Source: Acinetobacter sp.
GTDB taxonomy: Bacteria; Pseudomonadota; Gammaproteobacteria; Pseudomonadales; Moraxellaceae
Direction: 5' to 3'
Length of the DNA: 61,849 nucleotides
NCBI GenBank assembly: GCA_008017315.1
Contig: SSHE01000001.1
Location: forward strand, 1-61,849
Below are positions 50,939-61,458 of the stretch, piece by piece (position 1 is the first letter of the stretch; the number at the start of each line of letters is the position of its first letter). The translations under genes and the position numbers were made by a program. Under the pieces are notes generated by a model that worked only from the letters and a program-made list of their open reading frames with translations, was not told the origin of the DNA and ran no database searches.

Positions 50939-53158
50939 CTAAATTGGATAATGTTGAATCCGCCACGCCCGATGGATTTTTTGATTACGCTTAAAATCTT
51001 GCCCAATCGTCCAGTGGCTAATTTCTTCAATTTTAAACATGCCCATCAGCTCGTCATCCAGCTCAAACCCTCTAAAATTATTGGAAAAATAGAGTGTTCC
51101 GTCGGTGCTTAGTCGATTCATGGCACGTTTGAGGAGAGATAAATGATCACGCTGCACATCGAATGTACCATAAAACTTTTTCGAATTGGAAAAGGTGGGT
51201 GGGTCAATAAAAATTAAATCATACTGCTCATGACCTTCTTTTAACCATTCAAAACAATCACTTTCAAAAAATTGATGTTGTTCATCCGCATGATCGACCG
51301 TTAAACCATTTAAAACAAAATTTTCTTTCGACCAATTGAGATAGGTATTGGACAAATCTACACTGGTGGTACTGGCTGCACCGCCCAATGCTGCATGGAC
51401 ACTTGCCGTCGAGGTATAGCTATACAGATTTAAAAAATGTTTGCCTTTGGCTTCTTTGGCAATTTGTAACCGAATCTGACGATGGTCAAGAAATAGACCT
51501 GTATCTAAATAATCGGTTAAATTCACCAAAAATTTAGCCTGTCCTTCACGTACAATAAAACGTTTGGACACACTACTTTGTTTTTCATATTGATTTTTGC
51601 CTGCCTGTTTGGCACGGGTTTTAATAAATACGTTCTCACGATTTAAACCTGTTACGGCACGAATGGCAGCCAAGGCAAGGTTAAAGCGTTTTTTGGCTTT
51701 TTCAGGATCTATTGATTTAGGTGGGGCATATTCTTGGACGTGTAAATTTTCACCATACAAGTCCACGACCAAATTAAAATCAGGCAAATCGGCATCATAT
51801 AAACGCAAGCAATAAACCTGTTCTTTGCTTGCCCATTTTTTTAAGGCTTGCATATTTTTCTGTAAGCGATTGGCAAAATCCTGTGCACCTTCAATTTCTA
51901 CAGGTTGTGCTTGCCATGTGCTCAAAAAGGGCTGGGCATTGCTGAAAGGTTTAACTGTGCCAAAACGTACATAAATCGGCAGATTACCATTCATCAAACG
52001 CAAAGTTTCGGGTTGATGAAAGGCGAGAACATCCGCTTGCTCAATGTGGGCAGCGATAATTGCCGCCGATTGATTGGGAAATTTTTCCTGTAATAATAAG
52101 GATAAACCTTGATACAAGGCACGATTGGACGCTTTATCACCCAAGCGTTCGCCATAAGGTGGGTTGGTCACAATAAAGGCAGTTTTTGATTGTTGTGTAT
52201 TCGGGTCAGTTAAAGCAAAATCACACCAATCACCGAGTACCCGCTCTTCAATTTGAATGTCATTGATAATGGCTTCAAAACCTGCGGCAATAATGTTTTT
52301 ACGTGTGGCTTGTACTGCTTCCCAATCCGCATCAAAAGCATAGAATTTGGGCAGTGGGCGTTCTAGTGCAGCATGATGACGCTCAACCGCTTGTTTTTTG
52401 ATGGATTGCCAAAGTTCATGATCATGTCCATGCCAACCATTAAACCCAAAACGACGTACCATACCTGGGGCACGTTCGGTTAAAATCATCAAGGCTTCAA
52501 TAATAAATGTTCCCGAACCACACATCGGGTCAAGAATGATATCAGGTTGTTTTTCCTTGAGTTTGGCTTGTTGTAAAATGGCAGCCGCAAGATTTTCTTT
52601 AATGGGTGCATCGGTCATATAGCGACGATAGCCACGTTTATGCAAACTATCGCCCGATAAGTCCAAACAGTAAGTATGTTCGGTTTTGCCTGCAAGCACA
52701 TAGATGGTAATTTCAGGTTGTTTGATGTCGATACTTGGGCGACGACCCTGACTTTCCATAAAACTATCCACCACACCATCTTTTACCCGCAGTGTGGCAA
52801 ACTGGCTATTGACCTTAATTTCCCGTTCGGTATGCAAACGAATGGCAAAAGTACTCTGTGGTGAAAAAATCAGTGACCAATCAAAATTAACTGCACCTTC
52901 AAACAACTCTTCGGCAACATCTCGTACATCATGACTAGGTTCAATCTCATGGCTATAAAGTGGCTGCAATACACGAGAAGCCAAACGTGACCACATACAA
53001 ATCTGATAGGCAGTATCCAATGTACCTTGAATGATTAAACGCCCAGCCTTACGCTCGACGATATTTGCCCCGAGTTGTTCAATTTCTTCTTGTAATAGGT
53101 TTTCTAAACCATCGGCACAAGTAATCCAATAGGTATTTAAGCGTAAAGGGCTATTCAT
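50939..53158 (-). CDS. rlmKL: Bifunctional 23S rRNA methyltransferase RlmKL
   Basis: THUMP domain, LHKRGYR, DPMCGSGT, NPPYGER, DTGLFLDHR, DPPTFSNSK. Confidence 0.97.
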   Translation of the reverse strand: MNSPLRLNTYWITCADGLENLLQEEIEQLGANIVERKAGRLIIQGTLDTAYQICMWSRLASRVLQPLYSHEIEPSHDVRDVAEELFEGAVNFDWSLIFSPQSTFAIRLHTEREIKVNSQFATLRVKDGVVDSFMESQGRRPSIDIKQPEITIYVLAGKTEHTYCLDLSGDSLHKRGYRRYMTDAPIKENLAAAILQQAKLKEKQPDIILDPMCGSGTFIIEALMILTERAPGMVRRFGFNGWHGHDHELWQSIKKQAVERHHAALERPLPKFYAFDADWEAVQATRKNIIAAGFEAIINDIQIEERVLGDWCDFALTDPNTQQSKTAFIVTNPPYGERLGDKASNRALYQGLSLLLQEKFPNQSAAIIAAHIEQADVLAFHQPETLRLMNGNLPIYVRFGTVKPFSNAQPFLSTWQAQPVEIEGAQDFANRLQKNMQALKKWASKEQVYCLRLYDADLPDFNLVVDLYGENLHVQEYAPPKSIDPEKAKKRFNLALAAIRAVTGLNRENVFIKTRAKQAGKNQYEKQSSVSKRFIVREGQAKFLVNLTDYLDTGLFLDHRQIRLQIAKEAKGKHFLNLYSYTSTASVHAALGGAASTTSVDLSNTYLNWSKENFVLNGLTVDHADEQHQFFESDCFEWLKEGHEQYDLIFIDPPTFSNSKKFYGTFDVQRDHLSLLKRAMNRLSTDGTLYFSNNFRGFELDDELMGMFKIEEISHWTIGQDFKRNQKIHRAWRIQHYPI

Positions 53159-53612
53159 AAAGCGAATTTAACCAAAATCAAAGGTGTGGGTAGCGTGCAA
53201 TTTTAGCTTATTTTTAGCCTGAAAACTTTTTTATTTTGAAAATAGCCAGCATGTTCCCTTGAGATTGTCGGAAACCATTTTATGTGTGGACGTATTGCAA
53301 TCAAAATCCCACACGATCCTCCAAAAAATCAAGGAGCAAGAAATTTGTTTGCAGCTTGAATTTCGGTAAAGCTATCCATCAACAACTCACACCGCCAGCA
53401 CGTGTCCTGATTGTCGTTATTTGACACAGTTTTTTGAATACGACTGCACTGCTTTGGCATTGAGGCGGATGCAGTCTTTCTATATAATCAGAACCCATCT
53501 GGTAACCTCAAACTTACAGTCTAAATGAACATGTACATAGATATGTACATCACGATCAATTAGAATGTTGTGATTTCTGATTAACTTATCTTATTACAAT
53601 GGTTTAAGTAAA

Positions 53613-54893
53613 ATGGCATTAATCGTACAAAAATACGGCGGTACTTCAATGGGTACGCCTGAGCGTATTTTAAATGTGGCTCGTCGTATCAAACGCTGGC
53701 ATGAACACGGACATCAAGTGGTGGTAGTGGTATCGGCAATGAGTGGTGAAACCAATCGTTTGCTTGCTTTGGCAAAAGCCATTACCGATACCCCAGACCC
53801 TCGTGAACTTGACCAAATGGTCTCCACAGGCGAACAAGTCACTATTGCCATGCTATCTATGGCACTCAATTCGATTGGTGTAGAAGCCAAGTCATTGACA
53901 GGTCGCCAAGTCGGCATTAAAACCGATAGTGCTTATACCAAAGCTCGTATTGAAGCGATTGATACCGATACCATGCTCGACAATTTGAATGCAGGTCGTG
54001 TTCTTGTCGTTGCAGGCTTTCAAGGCTTTGATGAACAGGGCAATACCACGACATTGGGGCGTGGTGGTTCGGACACCACAGGCGTGGCACTGGCAGCAGC
54101 ACTTAAAGCTGATGAATGTCAGATCTATACCGATGTTGATGGTGTTTATACCACAGACCCACGTGTTGCCCCAAAAGCCAAAAAAGTAGATCGTATTTCC
54201 TTTGAAGAAATGTTGGAAATGGCATCTTTAGGGTCAAAAGTATTACAAATTCGTTCTGTGGAATTTGCAGGTAAATATCAAGTACCATTGCGTGTCTTAT
54301 CAAGTTTTGATAACGATAATGATGGTGCATTTGACGAAACATTTAAACAAACAGTGGGTACACTGATTACGACTGAAGCGGAAAACACTATGGAACAACC
54401 TATTATCTCTGGTATCGCATTTAACCGTGATGAAGCAAAATTAACCATTCTAGGTGTACCCGATGTACCAGGCGTAGCATCAAAAATTTTGTCACCGATT
54501 AGTCATGCCAATATCGAAGTGGATATGATTATCCAAAATGTAGAAGAAGATGGTACAACCGATTTTACCTTTACTGTCAATCGTACCGAACTGGCAAAAG
54601 CTAAAAAAATCCTGCAAGAAACCGCAGAAAATATTGGTGCTCGTGAAGTCGCAACACGTGATGATATTGTGAAAGTCTCTATCGTTGGGGTTGGGATGCG
54701 TTCACATGCAGGCGTAGCAAGCAAAATGTTTACTGCATTAGCGGATGAAGGTATCAACATTTTGATGATTTCAACTTCTGAAATCAAAATTTCAGTATTG
54801 ATTGAAGAAAATTATCTGGAACTGGCAGTGCGTACCTTGCATACAACTTTCGGTTTAGATCGTGAACATGGCGAAAGCTCTGCTCGTGCTTAA
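53613..54893 (+). CDS. lysC: Aspartate kinase
   Basis: VQKYGGTS, LGRGGSD, YTDVDG, two ACT domains. Confidence 0.97.
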   Translation: MALIVQKYGGTSMGTPERILNVARRIKRWHEHGHQVVVVVSAMSGETNRLLALAKAITDTPDPRELDQMVSTGEQVTIAMLSMALNSIGVEAKSLTGRQVGIKTDSAYTKARIEAIDTDTMLDNLNAGRVLVVAGFQGFDEQGNTTTLGRGGSDTTGVALAAALKADECQIYTDVDGVYTTDPRVAPKAKKVDRISFEEMLEMASLGSKVLQIRSVEFAGKYQVPLRVLSSFDNDNDGAFDETFKQTVGTLITTEAENTMEQPIISGIAFNRDEAKLTILGVPDVPGVASKILSPISHANIEVDMIIQNVEEDGTTDFTFTVNRTELAKAKKILQETAENIGAREVATRDDIVKVSIVGVGMRSHAGVASKMFTALADEGINILMISTSEIKISVLIEENYLELAVRTLHTTFGLDREHGESSARA

Positions 54894-55090
54894 AAAATAT
54901 GCAATTGTGCATAATCTGTAAAAAAAATGATTTTGCCTAACAAGATGCCACTATTTTAATATAGTGGCTCTGTTATATTAGTGAACGAAATGAAAATAGA
55001 CATCGTGAGTGGTTGTGCAAAAAATGAAAATGATGTTTGTGTTTCATACATTTAAAGTGAGAAATCCCGCATATTCGCAAGGAGGCAATA

Positions 55091-55345
55091 ATGCTTATTT
55101 TAACTCGTCGTGTCGGTGAAACACTGATGATTGGCGACCAAGTGAGTGTCACAGTACTTGGTGTGAAAGGTAATCAGGTACGGATTGGTGTCAATGCACC
55201 AAAAGAAGTATCTGTACACCGTGAAGAAATTTATCAGCGTATTCAACATGAGCGTGCAATGCACGAACATTTACAACATCTTGATGAAAACTTCAATTCA
55301 GCAGGTTTTAATGATGATGACTATTCCTATTTTAACAATCGTTAA
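55091..55345 (+). CDS. csrA: Carbon storage regulator CsrA/RsmA
   Basis: [10 protein letters not shown]...VHREEIY. Confidence 0.98.
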   Translation: MLILTRRVGETLMIGDQVSVTVLGVKGNQVRIGVNAPKEVSVHREEIYQRIQHERAMHEHLQHLDENFNSAGFNDDDYSYFNNR

Positions 55346-55366
55346 ATCTAGGAAAACAGCATGAAA

Positions 55367-55394
55367 GAGTCAGCCCCAAGAGGCTGATTTTTTA
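55367..55394 (+). terminator. Terminator after csrA
   Basis: AGTCAGCC-CCAAGA-GGCTGATT followed by a T run. Confidence 0.75.
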
Positions 55395-55515
55395 TTTTCT
55401 GCCCAATCGGTATTTTATACTTGAACTTATGTAGAAAAATTGTTACTTTGTAGCATAAATATTGGTCAGGCATGACTTATAATAATCAGGTATGGTACGC
55501 CAAAGGGATTCGCTA

Positions 55516-55989
55516 ATGAAATATTTAAGTAGAACAATTTTAATGCTTTCCACTATGATGATCGGTGGATTACATACAGGACATGCAGTACAACCCGTAT
55601 CTGATGAAGATTTAGCTCAAGCGATGAGTGAAAATTCAATTATTTTAAATGATAGTGCTACCGAAAAAAAACAATTTAAGATTGAACAAGATCTGGCACT
55701 ACGTGAAACGCCTGCTTATCAGTCTTTAGATAGAATCTATAATATTTATCCAATCAATTTTGACCGTACGACTGGCGAGCAAAAAGGTAATTTTGCAACC
55801 AATTTTGGTTCGGAATTTTATAGCTATCGCTGGGAAGGCAATTTAAAAGACATTTGGGATGTGAATCAGCATTATCGGGTTTTTTATAACGACTATTTGG
55901 GTACATACGAGTTAAATAATCTACAAGGACGTGTTTGGATTGAAATGGCGATACATTGTACAAATCAACGCCAATGGCGAGGTTGCTAA
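55516..55989 (+). CDS. Hypothetical secreted protein
   Basis: Sec-type leader MKYLSR...GHA; no family recognised. Confidence 0.7.
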   Translation: MKYLSRTILMLSTMMIGGLHTGHAVQPVSDEDLAQAMSENSIILNDSATEKKQFKIEQDLALRETPAYQSLDRIYNIYPINFDRTTGEQKGNFATNFGSEFYSYRWEGNLKDIWDVNQHYRVFYNDYLGTYELNNLQGRVWIEMAIHCTNQRQWRGC

Positions 55990-56188
55990 GCGTTTGCAGT
56001 AAGTACAGGGTAATTGTAAATTTTATTCACACTTGAACCTGATAAAATTTCAGCATAAAACCCATGACATCACCTAGCGTGTTGGGGCGAGGTTTTGATA
56101 CATCAAAGCAAAATTGGTGCAACCTGATCGCTTCACGCAGGGAAGGACTTGATGGTATGATGTCATTTTGCTTTTTGATAGAGTTGTA

Positions 56189-56656
56189 ATGTTGGCTGAA
56201 CTGATTTTTTCTCTAGGTGATGAGCAAGATACACAAAAACTTGCCAAGGTATTGGCACAAGCGATGCCTGCTGGGCTGGTATTTTTGGTGGGTGATTTGG
56301 GGGCTGGGAAAACCACACTGACACGTTATTGGTTGCAGGCACTTGGGCATCAGGGTGCAGTGAAAAGTCCGACTTATACGTTGGTTGAGCCTTATCACAT
56401 TGGACAACGTATGGTGTATCATTTTGATTTATATCGTTTACATGATCCTTATGAATTGGAATTGATGGGGATTCGAGATTATTTGCAACAAGAACAAAAC
56501 CTACTGATTGTGGAATGGCCATCTAAGGGTGAAGGCGTGTTACCTACGGCAGATTTAACGCTGGATATTCGGGTAGAAAATGATATTCGCCATGTACATT
56601 TTATTGCTCATCATCACATTTTACAGCAATTAAAGGATGCTGTTGATGGCATTTGA
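56189..56656 (+). CDS. tsaE: tRNA t6A biosynthesis ATPase TsaE
   Basis: GDLGAGKTT, KSPTYTL, HFDLYR, VEWP. Confidence 0.96.
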   Translation: MLAELIFSLGDEQDTQKLAKVLAQAMPAGLVFLVGDLGAGKTTLTRYWLQALGHQGAVKSPTYTLVEPYHIGQRMVYHFDLYRLHDPYELELMGIRDYLQQEQNLLIVEWPSKGEGVLPTADLTLDIRVENDIRHVHFIAHHHILQQLKDAVDGI

Positions 56657-58550
56657 AGCAGCAACTTTAGCTGAGCGAGCCTATCGTCGGATTCAATCTT
56701 TAGCACCAGCACTTGCCAATCAGATTGCCGCTGGTGAAGTGATTGAACGTCCTGCTTCTGTAGTGAAAGAATTATTAGAAAATGCGATAGATGCAGGTGC
56801 AACACAGCTCATGGTTCGTATTGAGCAAGGTGGGACGACATTAATCGAAATCATGGATAATGGTTTTGGTATTCATGCTGATGATTTGCCATTAGCGGTA
56901 TTACGTCATGCCACCAGCAAGGTGCATTCTTCCGCAGAGTTGGCCGCCATTCAAAGTCTTGGATTTCGTGGGGAAGCTTTGGCATCTATTGCTGCAGTAT
57001 CTCGTTTGACCCTTGCCAGTAGCCAAACGGATGATGGGATTGGCTATCAATTGGAATTACATGGGGCAGCATTGCAACATGAGCAACCAATAGCAATTGC
57101 CATGAATCGTGGTACACATCTACGTGTACAGGATTTATTTTTTAATGTGCCTGCTCGGCGTAAATTTTTAAAACGCATTTCAACAGAATATCAGCATATC
57201 GAAGAAATTGTCAGACGTATGGCTTTGACACATTTTGATGTGCATTTTAGTCTGGAACATAATGACCAGATTAAATTAAATCTACCTATCGCCGATAGTG
57301 GCGAATTACGTTATCAACGTGTTTTACAGTTATTGGGACGACAATTTGCCGAAAATGCTTATTGGTTGGATGCCGAAGCGAACAATATGCACCTGATGGG
57401 GTGGCTTGGACATCCATCGGATGCACGTTCGCAAGCAGATATGCAATATATCTATGTGAATGGTCGGATTGTGAAGGACAAAACCATTGCTCATGCCTTG
57501 CGTATGGCGTATGAAGGGATCTTGCATGGGCATCAACATGCTGCCTATTTATTATTTTTGGATATTGACCCACATGATATTGATGTCAATGTGCATCCAA
57601 CTAAGCATGAAATTCGTTTTTTAAGCCAGCGTGAAGTACATGAATTTGTCCGTCATTTTGCCAAAAATACCTTGTCACAATTTCAGACTGCATCGGCTGA
57701 TTTGTCGATAGCGATTAAACCAGTAGCGGAATCTCATGAGCCGCAGCCACGTTATCAGGAAAATTTGTCTTTGCATCAACAATCGCCAGTGACAACAGGC
57801 GATAATTCTCGGGCAATTCATTATCAAAGTTCTGGGATTGGGGCGAGTTATGTTGCCAATGCTGTACAGCAATATCTCGCCCCCTTACGACACAATATTG
57901 AACCCTCTACACCCGAACAGGATGGCGTAGAAATTCAGCCCCATCCAGCCATTCAGATTGATGAATATCCTTTGGGGATTGCGATTGCACAATTACATGG
58001 TATTTATGTGCTCGCACAGAATAGCGAAGGCTTAATTATTGTAGATATGCACGCCGCACACGAACGCATTTTACTAGAACAAATGAAACAGGCATGGGAT
58101 AAACCTGATTTTTGGCAATCCCAACAGCTTTTGCTCCCCAAAGTGGTTAAACTCAATAGCTTGCAAATTGACCGCTTGCAGCAATTACAAGATAAATTAC
58201 AGCGTCTTGGGTTGGATGTAGATGTGTATGGTGCAGAACAAGCATTGGTGCGTGGTGTACCTGCGATTTTGCATAAAGCGAATCTGGATAAACTTATTCC
58301 AGAGTTGCTCAATGATTTAGATCCTAATGATGACCTGCGTGGACTGACGCAAAAACGTGATGAATTACTGGCAGGTATGGCATGTCATGGTGCAGTGCGG
58401 GCACATCGGCAGCTGAGTCTATCGGAAATGAATGCGTTGCTGCGACAAATGGAACAAACCGAATTTGCCAGCCAGTGTAATCATGGTCGCCCAACATGGC
58501 GTGCTTTTCCATTAGCACAGCTGGATAAACTTTTTGCTCGAGGAGAATAA
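56646..58550 (+). CDS. mutL: DNA mismatch repair protein MutL
   Basis: NQIAAGEVIERP, GFRGEAL, DVNVHPTK, DMHAAHER and CNHGRP (endonuclease motifs). Confidence 0.98.
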   Translation: MAFEAATLAERAYRRIQSLAPALANQIAAGEVIERPASVVKELLENAIDAGATQLMVRIEQGGTTLIEIMDNGFGIHADDLPLAVLRHATSKVHSSAELAAIQSLGFRGEALASIAAVSRLTLASSQTDDGIGYQLELHGAALQHEQPIAIAMNRGTHLRVQDLFFNVPARRKFLKRISTEYQHIEEIVRRMALTHFDVHFSLEHNDQIKLNLPIADSGELRYQRVLQLLGRQFAENAYWLDAEANNMHLMGWLGHPSDARSQADMQYIYVNGRIVKDKTIAHALRMAYEGILHGHQHAAYLLFLDIDPHDIDVNVHPTKHEIRFLSQREVHEFVRHFAKNTLSQFQTASADLSIAIKPVAESHEPQPRYQENLSLHQQSPVTTGDNSRAIHYQSSGIGASYVANAVQQYLAPLRHNIEPSTPEQDGVEIQPHPAIQIDEYPLGIAIAQLHGIYVLAQNSEGLIIVDMHAAHERILLEQMKQAWDKPDFWQSQQLLLPKVVKLNSLQIDRLQQLQDKLQRLGLDVDVYGAEQALVRGVPAILHKANLDKLIPELLNDLDPNDDLRGLTQKRDELLAGMACHGAVRAHRQLSLSEMNALLRQMEQTEFASQCNHGRPTWRAFPLAQLDKLFARGE

Positions 58551-58556
58551 ACCATC

Positions 58557-59501
58557 GTGACCCATGTTTTACCCGTCATTAACATTATGGGGCCAACAGC
58601 CAGTGGTAAAACTGCTTTGGCGTGTGAACTCTACGATACAGGTCGTTTTGAAATTATATCGGTAGATTCGGCACTGGTGTATAGGAATATGGATATTGGT
58701 ACAGCCAAACCGAGTAAAGAAGAGCAGGCACTTTATCCACATCATTTGATTGATATCATTGACCCCACACAGGTGTATTCGGCAGCGGAATTTGTGGCGG
58801 ATGCCGAACGATTGATTGCTGACATTCATGCTCGTGGAAAAATCCCATTGCTCGTGGGGGGAACGATGCTGTATTTTAAAAGTCTGCTTGAAGGACTGGC
58901 AGATAATTTACCCAGTGCTGATACAGACATACGTCGTGAGATTGAAGCAATGGCACAGCAGCAGGGCTGGCAAGCGGTATATGATGAGTTAAAACGTGTA
59001 GATGCACTGGCAGGTGAAAAGTTTAAAGTCAGTGATAGGCAAAGGATTATTCGTGCACTGGAAGTTTATCGACTCACAGGCAAACCGATTACACAATTAC
59101 AAGCAGAACAAACTGTACGCCATAATGAACAATATCAATTCGAAAATTATGCCTTAATGCCAGAACGCTCGATTTTGCATCAACGAATCGAACAGCGTTT
59201 GCAAAAAATGTGGGATATCGGTTTTTTAAATGAAGTGCGTTTCTTGATTGAAAATTATGATTTAAATCCAGATTTACCCTCAATGCGTTCTGTTGGTTAT
59301 CGTCAGGCACTGGAGTTTTTGCAACAAGGTGATAACTGTCACATTTCTAAGTGTGAAATGCAGTTAAGAGCACTTTATGCGACACGACAACTGGCCAAAC
59401 GTCAATACACTTGGTTACGTTCTTTGCAAGTACACCATAAATTTGATACATTTTCCACCCCTGAAATGGGGGTAGAGTACTTGCGAAACCGCTTCAGATA
59501 A
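58557..59501 (+). CDS. miaA: tRNA dimethylallyltransferase
   Basis: [30 protein letters not shown]. Confidence 0.98.
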   Translation: MTHVLPVINIMGPTASGKTALACELYDTGRFEIISVDSALVYRNMDIGTAKPSKEEQALYPHHLIDIIDPTQVYSAAEFVADAERLIADIHARGKIPLLVGGTMLYFKSLLEGLADNLPSADTDIRREIEAMAQQQGWQAVYDELKRVDALAGEKFKVSDRQRIIRALEVYRLTGKPITQLQAEQTVRHNEQYQFENYALMPERSILHQRIEQRLQKMWDIGFLNEVRFLIENYDLNPDLPSMRSVGYRQALEFLQQGDNCHISKCEMQLRALYATRQLAKRQYTWLRSLQVHHKFDTFSTPEMGVEYLRNRFR

Positions 59502-59593
59502 AGCAAAATTACCATATTCACCTTTATATTATAAAGTTTAAGTGTGTGAAATACTAAGGTGAACTTTTTGCGCTGATATTTTTGGAGTTTACA

Positions 59594-60106
59594 ATGTCTA
59601 AAGGTCAAACTTTACAAGATCCGTTTTTGAATTCACTTAGAAAAGAACGTATTCCTGTTTCTATTTTTCTCGTAAACGGTATCAAACTACAAGGTCATAT
59701 TGAGTCTTTTGACCAATATGTCGTATTACTTAAAAATACTGTAAGTCAGATGGTTTATAAGCATGCGATTTCCACAGTAGTCCCTGCACGTAATCCACGT
59801 CCAGCAGGTGCACCAACAGGCGGTCAAGGCGGTTTTGGTGGTCAAGGCGGTGGCTTTGGCGGTCAAGGCGGTGGTTTTGGCGGTCAAGGTAGTGGTTTTG
59901 GCGGTCAGGGCGGTAGCTTTGGCGGTCAGGGCGGTGGCTTTGGCGGTCAGGGTGGTGGCTTTGGTGGTCAAGGTGGTTTTGGCGGTCAAGGCGGTGGCTT
60001 TGGTGGTCAAGGTGGTTTTGGCGGTCAGGGCGGTGGCTTTGGTGGTCAGGGCAGCTATGATGAGCCAAAATTTGAAGAAGGGAATGACGACGAAAATAAT
60101 CGTTAA
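59594..60106 (+). CDS. hfq: RNA chaperone Hfq with long Gly-rich tail
   Basis: [13 protein letters not shown]...YKHAISTV; GGAG RBS before ATG 59594. Confidence 0.98.
   Translation: MSKGQTLQDPFLNSLRKERIPVSIFLVNGIKLQGHIESFDQYVVLLKNTVSQMVYKHAISTVVPARNPRPAGAPTGGQGGFGGQGGGFGGQGGGFGGQGSGFGGQGGSFGGQGGGFGGQGGGFGGQGGFGGQGGGFGGQGGFGGQGGGFGGQGSYDEPKFEEGNDDENNR
59819..60058 (+). repeat. 12 tandem 18/21-bp units encoding GGQG(G)GF
   Basis: Units such as GGCGGTCAAGGCGGTGGCTTT, counted from the translation. Confidence 0.95.
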
Positions 60107-60117
60107 TCATTAACTCG

Positions 60118-60149
60118 AAAAAAAGCCGAACAATCGTTTCGGCTTTTTT
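60118..60149 (+). terminator. Terminator after hfq
   Basis: AAAAAAGCCGAA-N7-TTCGGCTTTTTT. Confidence 0.9.
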
Positions 60150-60249
60150 GTTGCATAAATAAAACAGAGTGTCTTGAAGATTGTACAATTTTTACGGCAT
60201 GATTTCGCTACAATAAAAATCACCAAATGACACAATGTTGAGAGCAACA

Positions 60250-60840
60250 ATGAACAAGATACGTACATTCGCTACGGGATTAGTTTTCGCAATGGGTTCA
60301 GGGGTAGCAATGGCTGCACCTATGGACTATAAGATTGACCCAACTCATACAGCCACGGTATTTTCATGGAACCATTTTGGTTTTTCGACACCAAGTGCCA
60401 ACTTTAGTGACATTCAGGGCATGATTAAAGTGGATGAAAAGAATCCAGCACAGTCATCGGTTGAAGTCGTGATTCCTGTGAGTAGTGTGAATACCAATGT
60501 TAAGGCATTAGACAATGAATTTCAGGAAGAAGCATGGTTTAATGCAGCAAAGTTTCCTAATATTACGTTTAAAAGTACCAAAGTCGAAACCAAGGACAAA
60601 AAGCATTTTAAAATTACAGGTGATTTAACGGTGAAAGGTGTGACGAAACCTGTGGTCTTAAATGCGGTACTCAATAAAAAATCTGCACATCCAATGTCAA
60701 AATTGGAGACGATTGGCTTTAATGCAACCACATCATTTCAGCGTTCAGCATTTGGTATAGGGAATTATGTACCCAATGTTGGGGATGAAATTACTGTCAA
60801 TATTACCACCGAGGCTTCTGTACAAAATAAAATTAAATAA
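60250..60840 (+). CDS. YceI-family periplasmic lipid-binding protein
   Basis: Signal peptide, YKIDPTHT, H.GFS, FP.ITFKST, GDLTVKGVTKPV, RSAFG. Confidence 0.93.
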   Translation: MNKIRTFATGLVFAMGSGVAMAAPMDYKIDPTHTATVFSWNHFGFSTPSANFSDIQGMIKVDEKNPAQSSVEVVIPVSSVNTNVKALDNEFQEEAWFNAAKFPNITFKSTKVETKDKKHFKITGDLTVKGVTKPVVLNAVLNKKSAHPMSKLETIGFNATTSFQRSAFGIGNYVPNVGDEITVNITTEASVQNKIK

Positions 60841-60847
60841 TATGAAT

Positions 60848-60881
60848 GACTTGAGTGATTTAAATTAAAGTTACTCAAGTC
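60848..60881 (+). terminator. Terminator after the yceI-like gene
   Basis: GACTTGAGTGA...TTACTCAAGTC followed by TTTTT. Confidence 0.7.
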
Positions 60882-60917
60882 TTTTTCTCAACTATGCAGC
60901 ACGTAAAATAGTCGCTC

Positions 60918-61011
60918 CTTAATAACCGTCCACGAAAATCGTTAGGCTGGCTAATACCGAATGAGGTGATGGCTAGTTTTTATACTGTCGCACTTGCTAG
61001 TTGAATCCGCC
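60918..61011 (+). mobile_element. IS30-family remnant (transposase C-terminus and right end)
   Basis: Translates LNNRPRKSLGWLIPNEVMASFYTVALAS*, then ends TGAATCCGCC. Confidence 0.85.
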
Positions 61012-61140
61012 TTTTTGTATTGCCTTTGCCACTGCTATCCGTAAGGCCTAGAGATTGGAATTGTTGTATGAGCAATATGACAAAGCGGAAGCGGTGTTAT
61101 CGCAATCCATTTTGCCAGTCTAGTGTATTTGTAATCTCCA

Positions 61141-61173
61141 TTGACAAAACCATATACGTACATTAATTTGTAC
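61141..61173 (+). promoter_or_regulatory. Sigma-70 promoter with overlapping palindromic operator of yefM-yoeB
   Basis: TTGACA-N17-TAATTT; GTACA-N6-TGTAC palindrome across the -10 element. Confidence 0.75.
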
Positions 61174-61197
61174 TTATATAGTTTTGGAGTTTAAAAA

Positions 61198-61458
61198 ATG
61201 GAAGTCATGACTTATTCGGCATTTAGAAAAGACTTGTCTAGTGCCTTAGATCGAGTAATCGAAGATAGAATACCTGTTTTAGTTACTCGACAAACAGGCG
61301 AGCCTGCTGTTCTCATCAGCCTAAAAGATTTTAATGCTTATGAGGAAACAGCTTATTTGCTTTCTAGTCCAAAAAATGCAGAACGACTTAGAACGTCGTT
61401 AGCGAGTGCGAGAGCAGGATGCACCTTTCAAAAAGATTTAGTTGAGTTTGACGAATGA
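61198..61458 (+). CDS. yefM: Phd/YefM antitoxin
   Basis: TYSAFR..L...LD.V, V.VTR, VLISL, EETAYLLSSPKNAERL. Confidence 0.95.
   Translation: MEVMTYSAFRKDLSSALDRVIEDRIPVLVTRQTGEPAVLISLKDFNAYEETAYLLSSPKNAERLRTSLASARAGCTFQKDLVEFDE

Noticed and set aside
59726-60188. Repetitive ORFs in other frames over hfq
   Set aside because: Stop-free by-products of the Gly repeat.
60195-60209. Sigma-54-like CGGCATGATTTCGCT before the yceI-like gene
   Set aside because: GG-to-GC spacing is 9 bp, not the required 10.
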